A DNA stretch of 24,000 nucleotides from Massilia psychrophila (GTDB lineage: Bacteria; Pseudomonadota; Gammaproteobacteria; Burkholderiales; Burkholderiaceae_D), in assembly GCF_002760665.1 (NCBI RefSeq), contig NZ_PDOB01000003.1:43434-67433 (forward strand), written 5' to 3'. The notes under the pieces were generated by a model. It was not told the origin of the DNA. It made no database searches and was given only the letters and a program-made list of their open reading frames with translations. Shown piece by piece: positions 16,299-23,882 of this stretch. The number at the start of each line of letters is the position of its first letter. The first letter of the stretch is position 1. The position numbers were made by a program, and so were the translations under genes.

Positions 16299-17468
16299 TC
16301 AAGACGCCTTGAGTGCCGGATAATCGATATAGCCACCCGCGCCGCCACCGTACATGGTGGCTGGGTCCGGCGTGTTCAACGGTGCCACGATGCGCAGTCT
16401 CTGAACCAGATCCGGATTGGCGATGAACGGACGGCCAAAGGCAATCAGGTCAGCGCTGTCGCTGGCGCGGGCGGCCAGGGCCAGGTCCAGATCGTAGCCG
16501 TTGTTGGCCATGAACAGCCCGTTGAACAGGCGGCGCAGAATCTGCAGGTCGAAGCCGCCGGGCACCTCGCGCGCGCCGCCGGTGTCGCCTTCGATTACGT
16601 GCAGATAGGCCAGATGAAAACGGTTGAGCTGTTCGACAGCGTAGGTGAACAGCGCCTGCGGGTTGCTGTCGGCGATGTCGCCAAAGGCACTGAGCGGCGA
16701 AATCCGGATGCCGACCCGATCACCGCCCCAGACCTGGACCACGGCTTCCGTCACTTCCAGCACCAGCCGTGCGCGGTTTTCGATCGAGCCGCCATAGGCA
16801 TCGGTGCGCTGGTTGGTCTTGTCGCGCAAGAACTGGTCGAGCAGATAGCCGTTCGCCGCATGGATTTCGACGCCGTCGAAACCGGCGGCCTTGGCATTGT
16901 GTGCAGCGCTGCGGTATTGCTCGACGATCGAGGCGATTTCGCTCGTTTCCAAAGCGCGCGGTGTCACCATCGGTACGAAACCGTCGTTGGTATAGGACTG
17001 GCCTTCGGGTTTGATTGCCGAAGGTGCCACAGGTAAAGCGCCGTCGACTTGAATCGATGGATGGGAAATGCGCCCTACGTGCCACAGCTGCAGGAAAATC
17101 TTGCTGCCGGCCGCATGCACGGCCTCGGTAATCTTTTTCCAGGCTTGTACTTGCGCGTCACTGTAAATGCCGGGCGTGAAAATGTAGCCTTTGCCCTGTG
17201 GGGAAATCTGGGTAGCTTCGGCAATAATCAGTCCGGCGCCAGCGCGCTGCACGTAGTATTCGGCGGCCAGGTCACCGGGGATATCGTCTTCCTTTGCGCG
17301 GCTGCGCGTCAGCGGCGCCATGACGATGCGATTGGACAATTGCAGCGGTCCGAGTTGCATCGGCTTGAACAGATCGCTCGATGCGTTGCGATCGACTGCA
17401 GCGTCGTGCGCGGCGGTAGTGGCGGTAGTGGCGTTAATGGCGTTAGTGGCGGTCATGGAACTGGTCAT
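16299..17468 (-). CDS. Old Yellow Enzyme family NADH:flavin oxidoreductase / alkene reductase (389 aa)
   Basis: LFKPMQLGPLQLSNRIVMAPLTRSRA, QLWHVGR, GFDGVEIHAANGYLLDQFL and GRPFIANPDL are typical of OYE/NemA. The start is set at ATG 17468 (AGGA RBS); ATG 17456 is an alternative. Confidence 0.9.
   Translation of the reverse strand: MTSSMTATNAINATTATTAAHDAAVDRNASSDLFKPMQLGPLQLSNRIVMAPLTRSRAKEDDIPGDLAAEYYVQRAGAGLIIAEATQISPQGKGYIFTPGIYSDAQVQAWKKITEAVHAAGSKIFLQLWHVGRISHPSIQVDGALPVAPSAIKPEGQSYTNDGFVPMVTPRALETSEIASIVEQYRSAAHNAKAAGFDGVEIHAANGYLLDQFLRDKTNQRTDAYGGSIENRARLVLEVTEAVVQVWGGDRVGIRISPLSAFGDIADSNPQALFTYAVEQLNRFHLAYLHVIEGDTGGAREVPGGFDLQILRRLFNGLFMANNGYDLDLALAARASDSADLIAFGRPFIANPDLVQRLRIVAPLNTPDPATMYGGGAGGYIDYPALKAS
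17412..17456 (-). repeat. Imperfect 9-bp tandem repeat x5 at the 5' end of the OYE gene
   Basis: The + strand reads ggcggtagt ggcggtagt ggcgttaat ggcgttagt ggcggtcat. This encodes MTA-TNA-INA-TTA-TTA at the N-terminus. Confidence 0.9.
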
Positions 17469-17786
17469 TATTTGATCCTGTAAAAGAGGAGCGGCGCGGC
17501 GCGCTGCTTTGACTGCGGCTTCCATGCTTGAACGTACGAAACGATGGCGCGCAATCAATTTGAAAGGAGATATCTTAGACGCAAAGGCAGATCGGCGTCG
17601 GACCCGACAGAAGTTGTTACTCAGGTACTATGCTGAGACGTGGCACAGCCAAGCCTTCATAATTGGCCTTTTCGATGCGGTCGGGCCTGCCGGCACAGAA
17701 CAAGGCGAGTGTCGGCGCTGGCGCTGTAGGGACCGGCGCTGTCGCTCTTGGTTGGACAATGCCGGTGCGCCGGGCACCGTACGCCG

Positions 17787-18095
17787 TCAGGCCTTCTTGA
17801 CCCAGGCGGCGCACCATCCTTTCGCGCTCACCTGCTTGCCGCCAAACGCACCGCACGGCGCCATCGGGTCGGTCGACTTGCCGGCGTACAGCTGGCAATT
17901 GGCGCACAGGCGATCTTTGGCGTAGGTGGGCCACTTCTTGACGTCGACCTTGCTGGCGTCTGCCTTGTAGCCCAATGCCACGGCCGCCGGATCGGACTCG
18001 GGCAGCACCTCGGCACGGGCGAACGCAGTTTTGCCGAGGCCGAGAGACAGGGCGGCGGCGGGAATCGTAGTAAGGAAGATACGGCGCGTTGTCAT
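17787..18095 (-). CDS. High-potential iron-sulfur protein (HiPIP, 102 aa precursor)
   Basis: Tat signal TTRRIFLTTIPAAALSLGLGKTAFA. The mature domain has the four-Cys HiPIP pattern C.NC...(12)...C...(13)...GWCAAW. Confidence 0.85.
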   Translation of the reverse strand: MTTRRIFLTTIPAAALSLGLGKTAFARAEVLPESDPAAVALGYKADASKVDVKKWPTYAKDRLCANCQLYAGKSTDPMAPCGAFGGKQVSAKGWCAAWVKKA

Positions 18096-18190
18096 GATAA
18101 CTCCTTCGGAACGTGAACAAGAAGTGTACCAACATCTTTTCGCAGAATCGCGCGTTTCGTTTGAAATATCACGCTATACTTGAGTTTTGC

Positions 18191-18223
18191 CGGTTCACTT
18201 ACGGTTCATTCTTGGTTCAATCA
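18191..18223 (+). promoter_or_regulatory. Three tandem 11-bp direct repeats (candidate operator of the MerR/LitR-like regulator)
   Basis: cGGTTCActta / cGGTTCAttct / tGGTTCAatca. GGTTCA occurs at 18192, 18203 and 18214, exactly 11 bp apart. The array lies about 10 nt downstream of a TATACT hexamer (18175-18180) and ends at the regulator's ATG (18223). Confidence 0.5.
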
Positions 18224-19197
18224 TGATTGTCTTGCAAATTAAAACGAAGGACGCCGCTCCCGCCGTGGGCTATCGCAGCGGCGTCGCCGCGCGGCTCGCC
18301 GGCCTGCCGGTGGAAACGCTGCGGGTCTGGGAGCGCCGCTACGGCGTCTGCGACACGCGCCGTTCGGCGCACGGTCAGCGGCTCTATTCGGAAGCCCAGG
18401 TCGGCCGGCTCAGCCTGATCAAGCAACTGGTCGATCATGGCCATCCGATCGGTTCCTTGGCACAGTTGGAACTCGACCAGCTGCGCGCGATGGCGCCGGC
18501 GTCGCGCGCGCCGTCGCGGCCGCTGCGGCTGGCGCTGGTGGGTCAGGCAATGGCGCTGCGGCTGTCCGGCAGCAGGAGTGCCTGGCCGGGACTCGACATC
18601 GTCGGCAAGTGCCGGGAACTCGATGGCGCCGCAGCGGCATTGGCCGGCAGCAGCGCCGAGGTGCTGCTGATCGAAGTGGCGGAGCTGGACGACAGCGCGC
18701 TGCCGGCGATCGTCGCGCTGCGCCAGCAGCTGGGCGCGGCAATCGTGGTGCTGTACCGCTTCTGCGCCAGCGCGACGATCCGCCATCTGCGCGAGCAGGG
18801 GTGCCTGGTGGCGCGCGTGCCGGCCGACGCCGCTGAAATTGTGCTGCTGTGCCAAGCTGCGTTGGCGGCCGTGGTGGGGCAGGCGGAGCAGGCGGGGCAA
18901 GCGGATCTGCCGCAGCACGCGCCATCGGCCGCGCGCCGCTTCGACGACGAGGCGTTGTCCGCGTTGTCCGCGGCGAGCAACAGCGTGGCCTGCGAATGCC
19001 CGCGCCACCTGTGCGACATCCTGCTCATGATCAACAGCTTCGAGCGCTACAGCTTGCAGTGCGCTTCGCGCACGCCGGCCGACGCGCTGCTGCATGAACA
19101 GCTGGGCATCGCCGCCGGCTCCGCGCGCGTGCTGCTGGAAGCGGCCCTCGAGCAGCTGGCGCGGGCCGATGGCCTGCCGCTGCCCGCCGCACTGTAG
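18223..19197 (+). CDS. MerR-family transcriptional regulator with a long non-canonical C-terminal region (LitR/CarH-like architecture, 324 aa)
   Basis: MerR HTH: YRSGVAARLAGLPVETLRVWERRYGVCDTRRSAHGQRLYSEAQVGRLSLIKQLV. This is followed by a Rossmann/receiver-like alpha-beta region (RLALVGQ, VLLIEVAELDD, AIVVLY) and a C-terminal CECPRHLC...C cluster. An AGGAGG RBS for the photolyase gene overlaps its stop. The start is uncertain (ATG 18223 or in-frame TTG 18187). Confidence 0.8.
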   Translation: MIVLQIKTKDAAPAVGYRSGVAARLAGLPVETLRVWERRYGVCDTRRSAHGQRLYSEAQVGRLSLIKQLVDHGHPIGSLAQLELDQLRAMAPASRAPSRPLRLALVGQAMALRLSGSRSAWPGLDIVGKCRELDGAAAALAGSSAEVLLIEVAELDDSALPAIVALRQQLGAAIVVLYRFCASATIRHLREQGCLVARVPADAAEIVLLCQAALAAVVGQAEQAGQADLPQHAPSAARRFDDEALSALSAASNSVACECPRHLCDILLMINSFERYSLQCASRTPADALLHEQLGIAAGSARVLLEAALEQLARADGLPLPAAL

Positions 19198-19208
19198 GAG
19201 GTCCGCCC

Positions 19209-20786
19209 ATGCCGCGCCCTGATTCAGAGTTTGATCCGGTGGTTGACGCCACCCCCGCCACCACGCTGCGCCTGCTGCTGGGCGACCAGCTCAACGCGCA
19301 GCATTCCTGGTTCCGGCACCGCCACGACGACGTCGTGTATGTGCTGATGGAAGTACGCCAGGAAACCGACTACGTCCTGCATCACGCGCAAAAAATCATC
19401 GCCATTTTTGCCGGCATGCGCGAGCTGGCGCGCCAGCTCGCTGCAAGCGGCCACCGGGTCTGCTATCTCACTATCGACGACGCCGCCAACTTGCAGTCGC
19501 TGCCGGCCAACCTGGACATGCTGCTGGCGCGCTACAGTGCCGCCGAATTCGAATATCAGGCGCCCGACGAATGGCGTCTGGATGCGCAAATGGCGACGTA
19601 TACGCGCACGCTGGCGGTGCGTTCGGCCATGGTCGACAGCGAACATTTTTACAGCGCGCACGGCGAAGCCGCGCAGTTGTTCAGCAAACGCCAGCGATGG
19701 TTGATGGAGCATTTCTACCGCGCCATGCGCGTCAAGCACAAGGTGCTGGTCGACGCCGACGACAAGCCGCTCGGCGGCCAGTGGAATTTCGACCATGACA
19801 ACCGCAAGTCGTGGCCGGGAACGCCGACCGCGCCGGCCGACTGGCGCGCGCCGCACGACCATTCGGCGCTATGGGAAACGATCCAGAAAGCCGGCGTCGC
19901 CAGCTTTGGCGCGCCGCACGCAGCGGCCCTGGCCTGGCCGCTCAACCGCGACGAGGCGTTACAGCACCTCGATGCCTTTGTCGAACACGCGTTGCCGCAT
20001 TTTGGCCAGTTCCAGGATGCCATGAGCAGCCGCTCGTCGCGCCTGTTCCATTCGCTGCTGTCGTTCGCCCTCAACACGAAAATGCTCAACCCGCGCGAAG
20101 TCGTCGCCAGGGTCGAATCTGCCTGGCACGCGGGCCACGCCCCGCTCGCCGCCGTCGAAGGGTACATCCGCCAGATCCTCGGCTGGCGCGAGTACGTGCG
20201 CGGCGTGTACTGGGAACAGATGCCGGAGTATGTGGAGCGCAACGTGTTTGGCCACACCCGGGCCTTGCCTGGCTGGTTCTGGACCGGCCAGACCAAGATG
20301 CGCTGCATGGCCAGCGCGATCGGCGACTCGCTCGAACACGCGCATACCCACCACATCCACCGCCTGATGGTGATCGGTAACTTCGCCTTGGTGGCAGGGC
20401 TCGATCCGGTCGCGCTGCACCACTGGTACCTCGGCGTATATATCGACGCGTTCGAATGGGTCGAACTGCCCAACACGCTGGGCATGAGTCAGTTCGCCGA
20501 TGGCGGCATGCTGGCCACCAAACCGTACGTGTCGAGCGCGGCGTATATCGACCGCATGAGCGATTACTGCAAAGGCTGCCATTACGACAAGAAGCAGCGT
20601 TTGGGCGAGCGGGCTTGCCCCTTCAATGCGCTGTATTGGGATTTTTTTGCGCGCAATGAAGAGCGGCTGGCGAGTAATCCGCGCATTGGGATGGTATATC
20701 CGCAGTTGCGCAAGATGGAGCCGGAGGCGGTGAAAGCGTTAAGGGAGAAGGCGGGGGAGTTGAGGGCGCAGCTCGATGGGTTGTAA
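19209..20786 (+). CDS. phrB: Iron-sulfur bacterial cryptochrome/photolyase (FeS-BCP; PhrB/CryB-like (6-4) photolyase, 525 aa)
   Basis: COG3046-type N-terminus (LRLLLGDQLN) and an FAD-domain signature. Four Cys lie at 366, 454, 457 and 470; the 88/3/13 spacing equals the [4Fe-4S] ligands Cys350/438/441/454 of Agrobacterium PhrB as I recall them (MRCMA, DYCKGCHYD, ERACPFN). Confidence 0.9.
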   Translation: MPRPDSEFDPVVDATPATTLRLLLGDQLNAQHSWFRHRHDDVVYVLMEVRQETDYVLHHAQKIIAIFAGMRELARQLAASGHRVCYLTIDDAANLQSLPANLDMLLARYSAAEFEYQAPDEWRLDAQMATYTRTLAVRSAMVDSEHFYSAHGEAAQLFSKRQRWLMEHFYRAMRVKHKVLVDADDKPLGGQWNFDHDNRKSWPGTPTAPADWRAPHDHSALWETIQKAGVASFGAPHAAALAWPLNRDEALQHLDAFVEHALPHFGQFQDAMSSRSSRLFHSLLSFALNTKMLNPREVVARVESAWHAGHAPLAAVEGYIRQILGWREYVRGVYWEQMPEYVERNVFGHTRALPGWFWTGQTKMRCMASAIGDSLEHAHTHHIHRLMVIGNFALVAGLDPVALHHWYLGVYIDAFEWVELPNTLGMSQFADGGMLATKPYVSSAAYIDRMSDYCKGCHYDKKQRLGERACPFNALYWDFFARNEERLASNPRIGMVYPQLRKMEPEAVKALREKAGELRAQLDGL

Positions 20787-20908
20787 GGACGTCCGAGGTG
20801 CGCAAGGACTGCGGTGCCGCTACCTCTTTCGCTCCCGGCGTGGCGATACGCTGCCGTCTTGACGATGGCAATGGCAAGGGCAAGGGCAGGGCTGGAAAGC
20901 GACCGTTG

Positions 20909-22282
20909 CTATTGCCGCGGCACATTGGCGTGGTAGACCGTTTTGATATTCACAAATTCCTGAATGCCGAACCAGGACAGCTCGCGGCCATAGCCTGAGT
21001 GCTTGACGCCGCCGAATGGCAGGCGCACATCCGACTTCACCAGCGCATTCACGAACACGGAACCGGCATCGATTTGACGCGCGATACGATCCGCCTTTGA
21101 CTTGTCGCTCGTAAACACTGCCGAACCCAAACCAAACTCGGACTGGTTTGCCAAGGCGATCGCGTCAGCTTCATCGTCCGCTTCGATGATCGAGGCCACC
21201 GGTCCAAAGATCTCTTCTTCGAAAGCCACCATGCCGGGTCGTACGCCACCCAGAACGGTCGGCGGGTAGTAGCTGCCGGGTTGATCCGGCACCGCGCCGC
21301 CAATTAACAGCTGCGCGCCTTGTGCCACGCTGCGGCAGACTTGATCGTGAATCTGGTCGCGCAGGTCGGCGCGCGCCATTGGGCCGATGTCGGATTCCGG
21401 ATCTGTCGGGTCGCCAAAGCGAACGTTGCGAAACTGCTCCACATAGCGCCGCGTAAATTCTTCCTGCACCGACCTGACGACAATGAAGCGCTTGGCGGCA
21501 ATGCAGCTCTGGCCACCGTTGATCAGCCGGCTCTTGACGCAGGTTTGTACCGCGAGTCCAAGGTCGGCATCTTGCAACACGATGTAGGCATCGCTGCCGC
21601 CGAGTTCAAGCACGCTTTTTTTGAGCTCCGAGCCGGCGATTCCAGCGACCGATTTTCCGGCCGGCGTGCTGCCGGTCAAGGTGACTGCACGCACCAGCCG
21701 ATGGCGGATGATCGGCTCCACCCGTGTGCCCTCGACCAGCAAAGTGGTAAAAGCGCCAGCAGGGAAACCTGCCTGCATGAAAACATCCTGGATTGCCAAT
21801 GCGCAGCCACACGCATTCGACGCATGCTTGAGCAGGCCGACATTGCCGGCCATGAGCGCCGGCGCCGCAAAGCGGAATACTTGCCAAAACGGGAAATTCC
21901 ATGGCATGACGGCCAGGACCACGCCTAGCGGATCGCAAGCGATATAGCTGTCCGCAGCATCCGTCGCGATGGGCTGATTGGCAAGAAACTTTTCAGCGTT
22001 ATCAGCATAAAAATCGCAGCAGTCCGCGCACTTTCCAATTTCGGCGACGCCATCCTTCAATACCTTGCCCATCTCGCTTGCCATCAATGCCGCCAGTTCT
22101 GTTTGCCGTTGGCGCAACACATTCGCCGCCACGCGCATCAGCGCTGCGCGGGCTGCAAAGGAGGTCGTGCGCCAATCATGGAAGGTGCTGTCAGCGGCGC
22201 TGATCAGTTGCTCAATTTTGGCATCGTCGTAAGGGGCGTAGGTCGCGATCTGCTGCTGGGAGTGCGGGTTGACGCTCTGCAT
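20909..22282 (-). CDS. NAD(P)-dependent aldehyde / succinate-semialdehyde dehydrogenase (457 aa)
   Basis: ALDH superfamily: WNFPFWQV, catalytic Glu in LELGGSD, catalytic Cys in [10 protein letters not shown], and EEIFGPV. The start is set at ATG 22282 (MQSVNPH, AAGGA RBS); the 105 upstream codons in the track are not supported. Confidence 0.9.
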   Translation of the reverse strand: MQSVNPHSQQQIATYAPYDDAKIEQLISAADSTFHDWRTTSFAARAALMRVAANVLRQRQTELAALMASEMGKVLKDGVAEIGKCADCCDFYADNAEKFLANQPIATDAADSYIACDPLGVVLAVMPWNFPFWQVFRFAAPALMAGNVGLLKHASNACGCALAIQDVFMQAGFPAGAFTTLLVEGTRVEPIIRHRLVRAVTLTGSTPAGKSVAGIAGSELKKSVLELGGSDAYIVLQDADLGLAVQTCVKSRLINGGQSCIAAKRFIVVRSVQEEFTRRYVEQFRNVRFGDPTDPESDIGPMARADLRDQIHDQVCRSVAQGAQLLIGGAVPDQPGSYYPPTVLGGVRPGMVAFEEEIFGPVASIIEADDEADAIALANQSEFGLGSAVFTSDKSKADRIARQIDAGSVFVNALVKSDVRLPFGGVKHSGYGRELSWFGIQEFVNIKTVYHANVPRQ

Positions 22283-22649
22283 GAGGAGTCCTTTGGGCCG
22301 GCGCGCAATGGCGTTGACCATGGGTGAAGGAATTGGGCTTTGAATACGGCATTGGTACACGCCCTGGTAGTGGCTGATGCCCGCGTCGCCGTAGCGACCG
22401 GTTGATGACGGACCGTGCAGGTGGTAGCTGGCAGACGGGCCCCGACGTAACAGGCGCAGCGCCGGCGTAGTTGGTTGGACCTGGTTCTTGGGCCGTCGTT
22501 CAATGGCGATCTCACAGACCAAATGCAGCACCTTCTGCTGTAACGTGCCGGCGCGGTGAAAATCTACCGACATTTGATCACGCGCTTGCAAGCGCAAGTC
22601 GCTTCAGCGGCGCCGAGCAGTGCTCGGCGAAACCCCGCTTACGCCCCGC

Positions 22650-22674
22650 GGACGCGGGTTCGATTCCCGCCGCC
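22650..22674 (+). repeat. Inverted 25-nt copy of the tmRNA T-arm/acceptor 3' end
   Basis: ggacgcgggttcgattcccgccgcc on the + strand is identical to the tmRNA sense sequence encoded on the minus strand at 22734-22758. After the 25 nt it diverges (cggtagc versus TCCACCA). Confidence 0.85.
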
Positions 22675-22688
22675 CGGTAGCGCAAGCG

Positions 22689-22717
22689 AAAAAAAACCGC
22701 CCATCGGGCGGTTTTTT
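22689..22717. terminator. Bidirectional rho-independent terminator immediately 3' of ssrA
   Basis: aaaaaaaa-ccgccc-atc-gggcgg-tttttt, lying 10 nt beyond the tmRNA CCA end. Confidence 0.8.
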
Positions 22718-22726
22718 AGGATGATG

Positions 22727-23087
22727 TGGTGGAGGCGGCGGGAATCGAACCCGCGTCCAGAAGCACTCTACAGACAGTTCTACATACTTAGCACTGCCAT
22801 TTAATTTAACCAATACAACGCGGACGTGCACGCTTTGTACCAGCGAGTTACCTATTATTTAGTTCCGTACCAAGTAACCCGGTAAAGAACGAGTCCCTGT
22901 AAATGACTCTAGAGCTTTTAACGGCCCACCCCAGGGACGAGGTGTTCTAGAGCTAACAGCAATTAAGCTGCCAGTGCGTACGAGTTATCGTTTGCAGTTA
23001 AGTTTTTTCAGGTTGTATTTACGAGGTAGCCCGCCCTCGGTATGCCCTGCGCTGCTTTGCAACCCCTGTCGAAACCAGGTCGCCCCC
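22727..23087 (-). ncRNA. ssrA: tmRNA (SsrA), 361 nt
   Basis: 5' end GGGGGCGACCTGGTTTCGACAGGGG. 3' end GGACGCGGGTTCGATTCCCGCCGCCTCCACCA. The acceptor stem carries the G3:U wobble. The tag ORF GCAAACGATAACTCGTACGCACTGGCAGCTTAA (22963-22995) encodes ANDNSYALAA*. Confidence 0.95.
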
Positions 23088-23158
23088 ACAGAACGGTCAT
23101 TGTAACGCAATCTTTGGCCTTGTGCGGTGCGGCTTGCGTACCGCACAAGGCATCAAGC

Positions 23159-23770
23159 TCAGCGGTTGCCGTTGGCAATCTGGTTGCCGAGCATGCCGCC
23201 ACCGATGACGCCGGCGACCGTTGCCAGCTTCTTGCCGTTGCCGCCGCCAACCTGGTTGCCGAGCAAGCCGCCAACGACCGCGCCAAGACCGATGCCGACG
23301 TAATTCGGTTGCGCAGGCGCTGGCTGCTGCACGGCCGGCGCGCTGTAATTCGCGTTGTTGTTCGCGCTGTAGTTTGCGTTGTTATTTGCGTTGTTATTGC
23401 GTTGGTAATCGCGCTCGTAGTCGTTGCGCGCAACCTGGGTGTGGCGGTGGGCGACGTGGCGTGGCGCTTGCTTGACCACCGGCGCCTTGCGTACAACCGG
23501 CGCGGCAGCTGGCTCTTCAAGATATTTCGGTTGCGGCGCGGCGGCGGCCATCAGCATCGGGGCCGGGGCCGGGGCCGGGGTCGGGGCTGGCGCTACGGCA
23601 GACAGTTGGGTCGCAAGCGGCAACGCCGATGGCGCCGGCGCGATGGTGGCGCGCGAGTTCGGCAGCAAACCCGTGATCGCCGCGGTGCCGGCCAGGCTGA
23701 CGATGACGACGGATACTGCCGCGGCGGCCATCAGCGGGTGGATGCGGGTTGCGGTCTTGATCGATTCCAT
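23159..23770 (-). CDS. Glycine-zipper 2TM domain membrane protein (SlyB / 17-kDa antigen-like, 203 aa)
   Basis: N-terminal anchor MESIKTATRIHPLMAAAAVSVVIVSLAGTAA, then a Pro/Ala-rich and Asn-rich low-complexity linker. The C-terminal glycine zipper is GIGLGAVVGGLLGNQVGGGNGKKLATVAGVIGGGMLGNQI. An AGGAG RBS precedes ATG 23770. Confidence 0.8.
   Translation of the reverse strand: MESIKTATRIHPLMAAAAVSVVIVSLAGTAAITGLLPNSRATIAPAPSALPLATQLSAVAPAPTPAPAPAPMLMAAAAPQPKYLEEPAAAPVVRKAPVVKQAPRHVAHRHTQVARNDYERDYQRNNNANNNANYSANNNANYSAPAVQQPAPAQPNYVGIGLGAVVGGLLGNQVGGGNGKKLATVAGVIGGGMLGNQIANGNR
23559..23588 (+). repeat. GGGGYY hexanucleotide tandem repeat x5 inside the glycine-zipper gene
   Basis: ggggcc ggggcc ggggcc ggggtc ggggct on the + (template) strand. 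It encodes the PAPTPAPAPAP linker on the minus strand. Confidence 0.9.
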
Positions 23771-23882
23771 TATTCTGCTCCTGAGACGTTGAGTGAGGCT
23801 GCAGGAACAGATTAACGGGAGCGCGTGCGCCAAGATAGGCGCAGGGTGTTTCAAACGTTACAAGCTGTAAAGACGGCGTCGC

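Noticed and set aside
16299-17468. The OYE ene-reductase as part of the PYP chromophore pathway (reduction of the coumaroyl double bond).
   Set aside because: It is convergently transcribed relative to pcl, no such step is needed for PYP maturation, and there is no sequence evidence for it.
17509-17925. A 138-aa + strand ORF in the OYE-HiPIP intergenic region.
   Set aside because: Its 3' half is antisense to the well-supported HiPIP gene. It has no RBS and no motifs, and its composition is atypical.
17787-18095. HiPIP as a redox partner of the neighbouring Fe-S photolyase.
   Set aside because: The HiPIP has a Tat signal and should be periplasmic, whereas the photolyase is cytoplasmic. Only shared regulation through the divergent intergenic region remains plausible.
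18433-18453. DHGHPIG in the MerR-type regulator as a possible (D/E)xHxxG cobalamin-binding motif.
   Set aside because: The register does not fit (the His is not at +2 from the acidic residue). The segment also lies at the end of the MerR DNA-binding and dimerisation region, not in the Rossmann-like module.
22283-22597. A 105-codon open extension upstream of the ALDH start. I also considered whether it hides an integrase remnant next to ssrA (a faint HG.SS..R resemblance).
   Set aside because: The ALDH family N-terminus (MQSVNPH) with a good RBS starts at 22282. The extension has no coding-like composition or convincing recombinase motifs, and the resemblance is too weak to report.
22590-22680. 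A possible tRNA or tRNA-like gene on the + strand, because of a perfect T-arm (GCGGGTTCGATTCCCGC).
   Set aside because: No complementary 5' acceptor strand, anticodon arm or CCA context can be drawn. It is identical to the tmRNA 3' end, so I treat it as a duplicated fragment (see findings).
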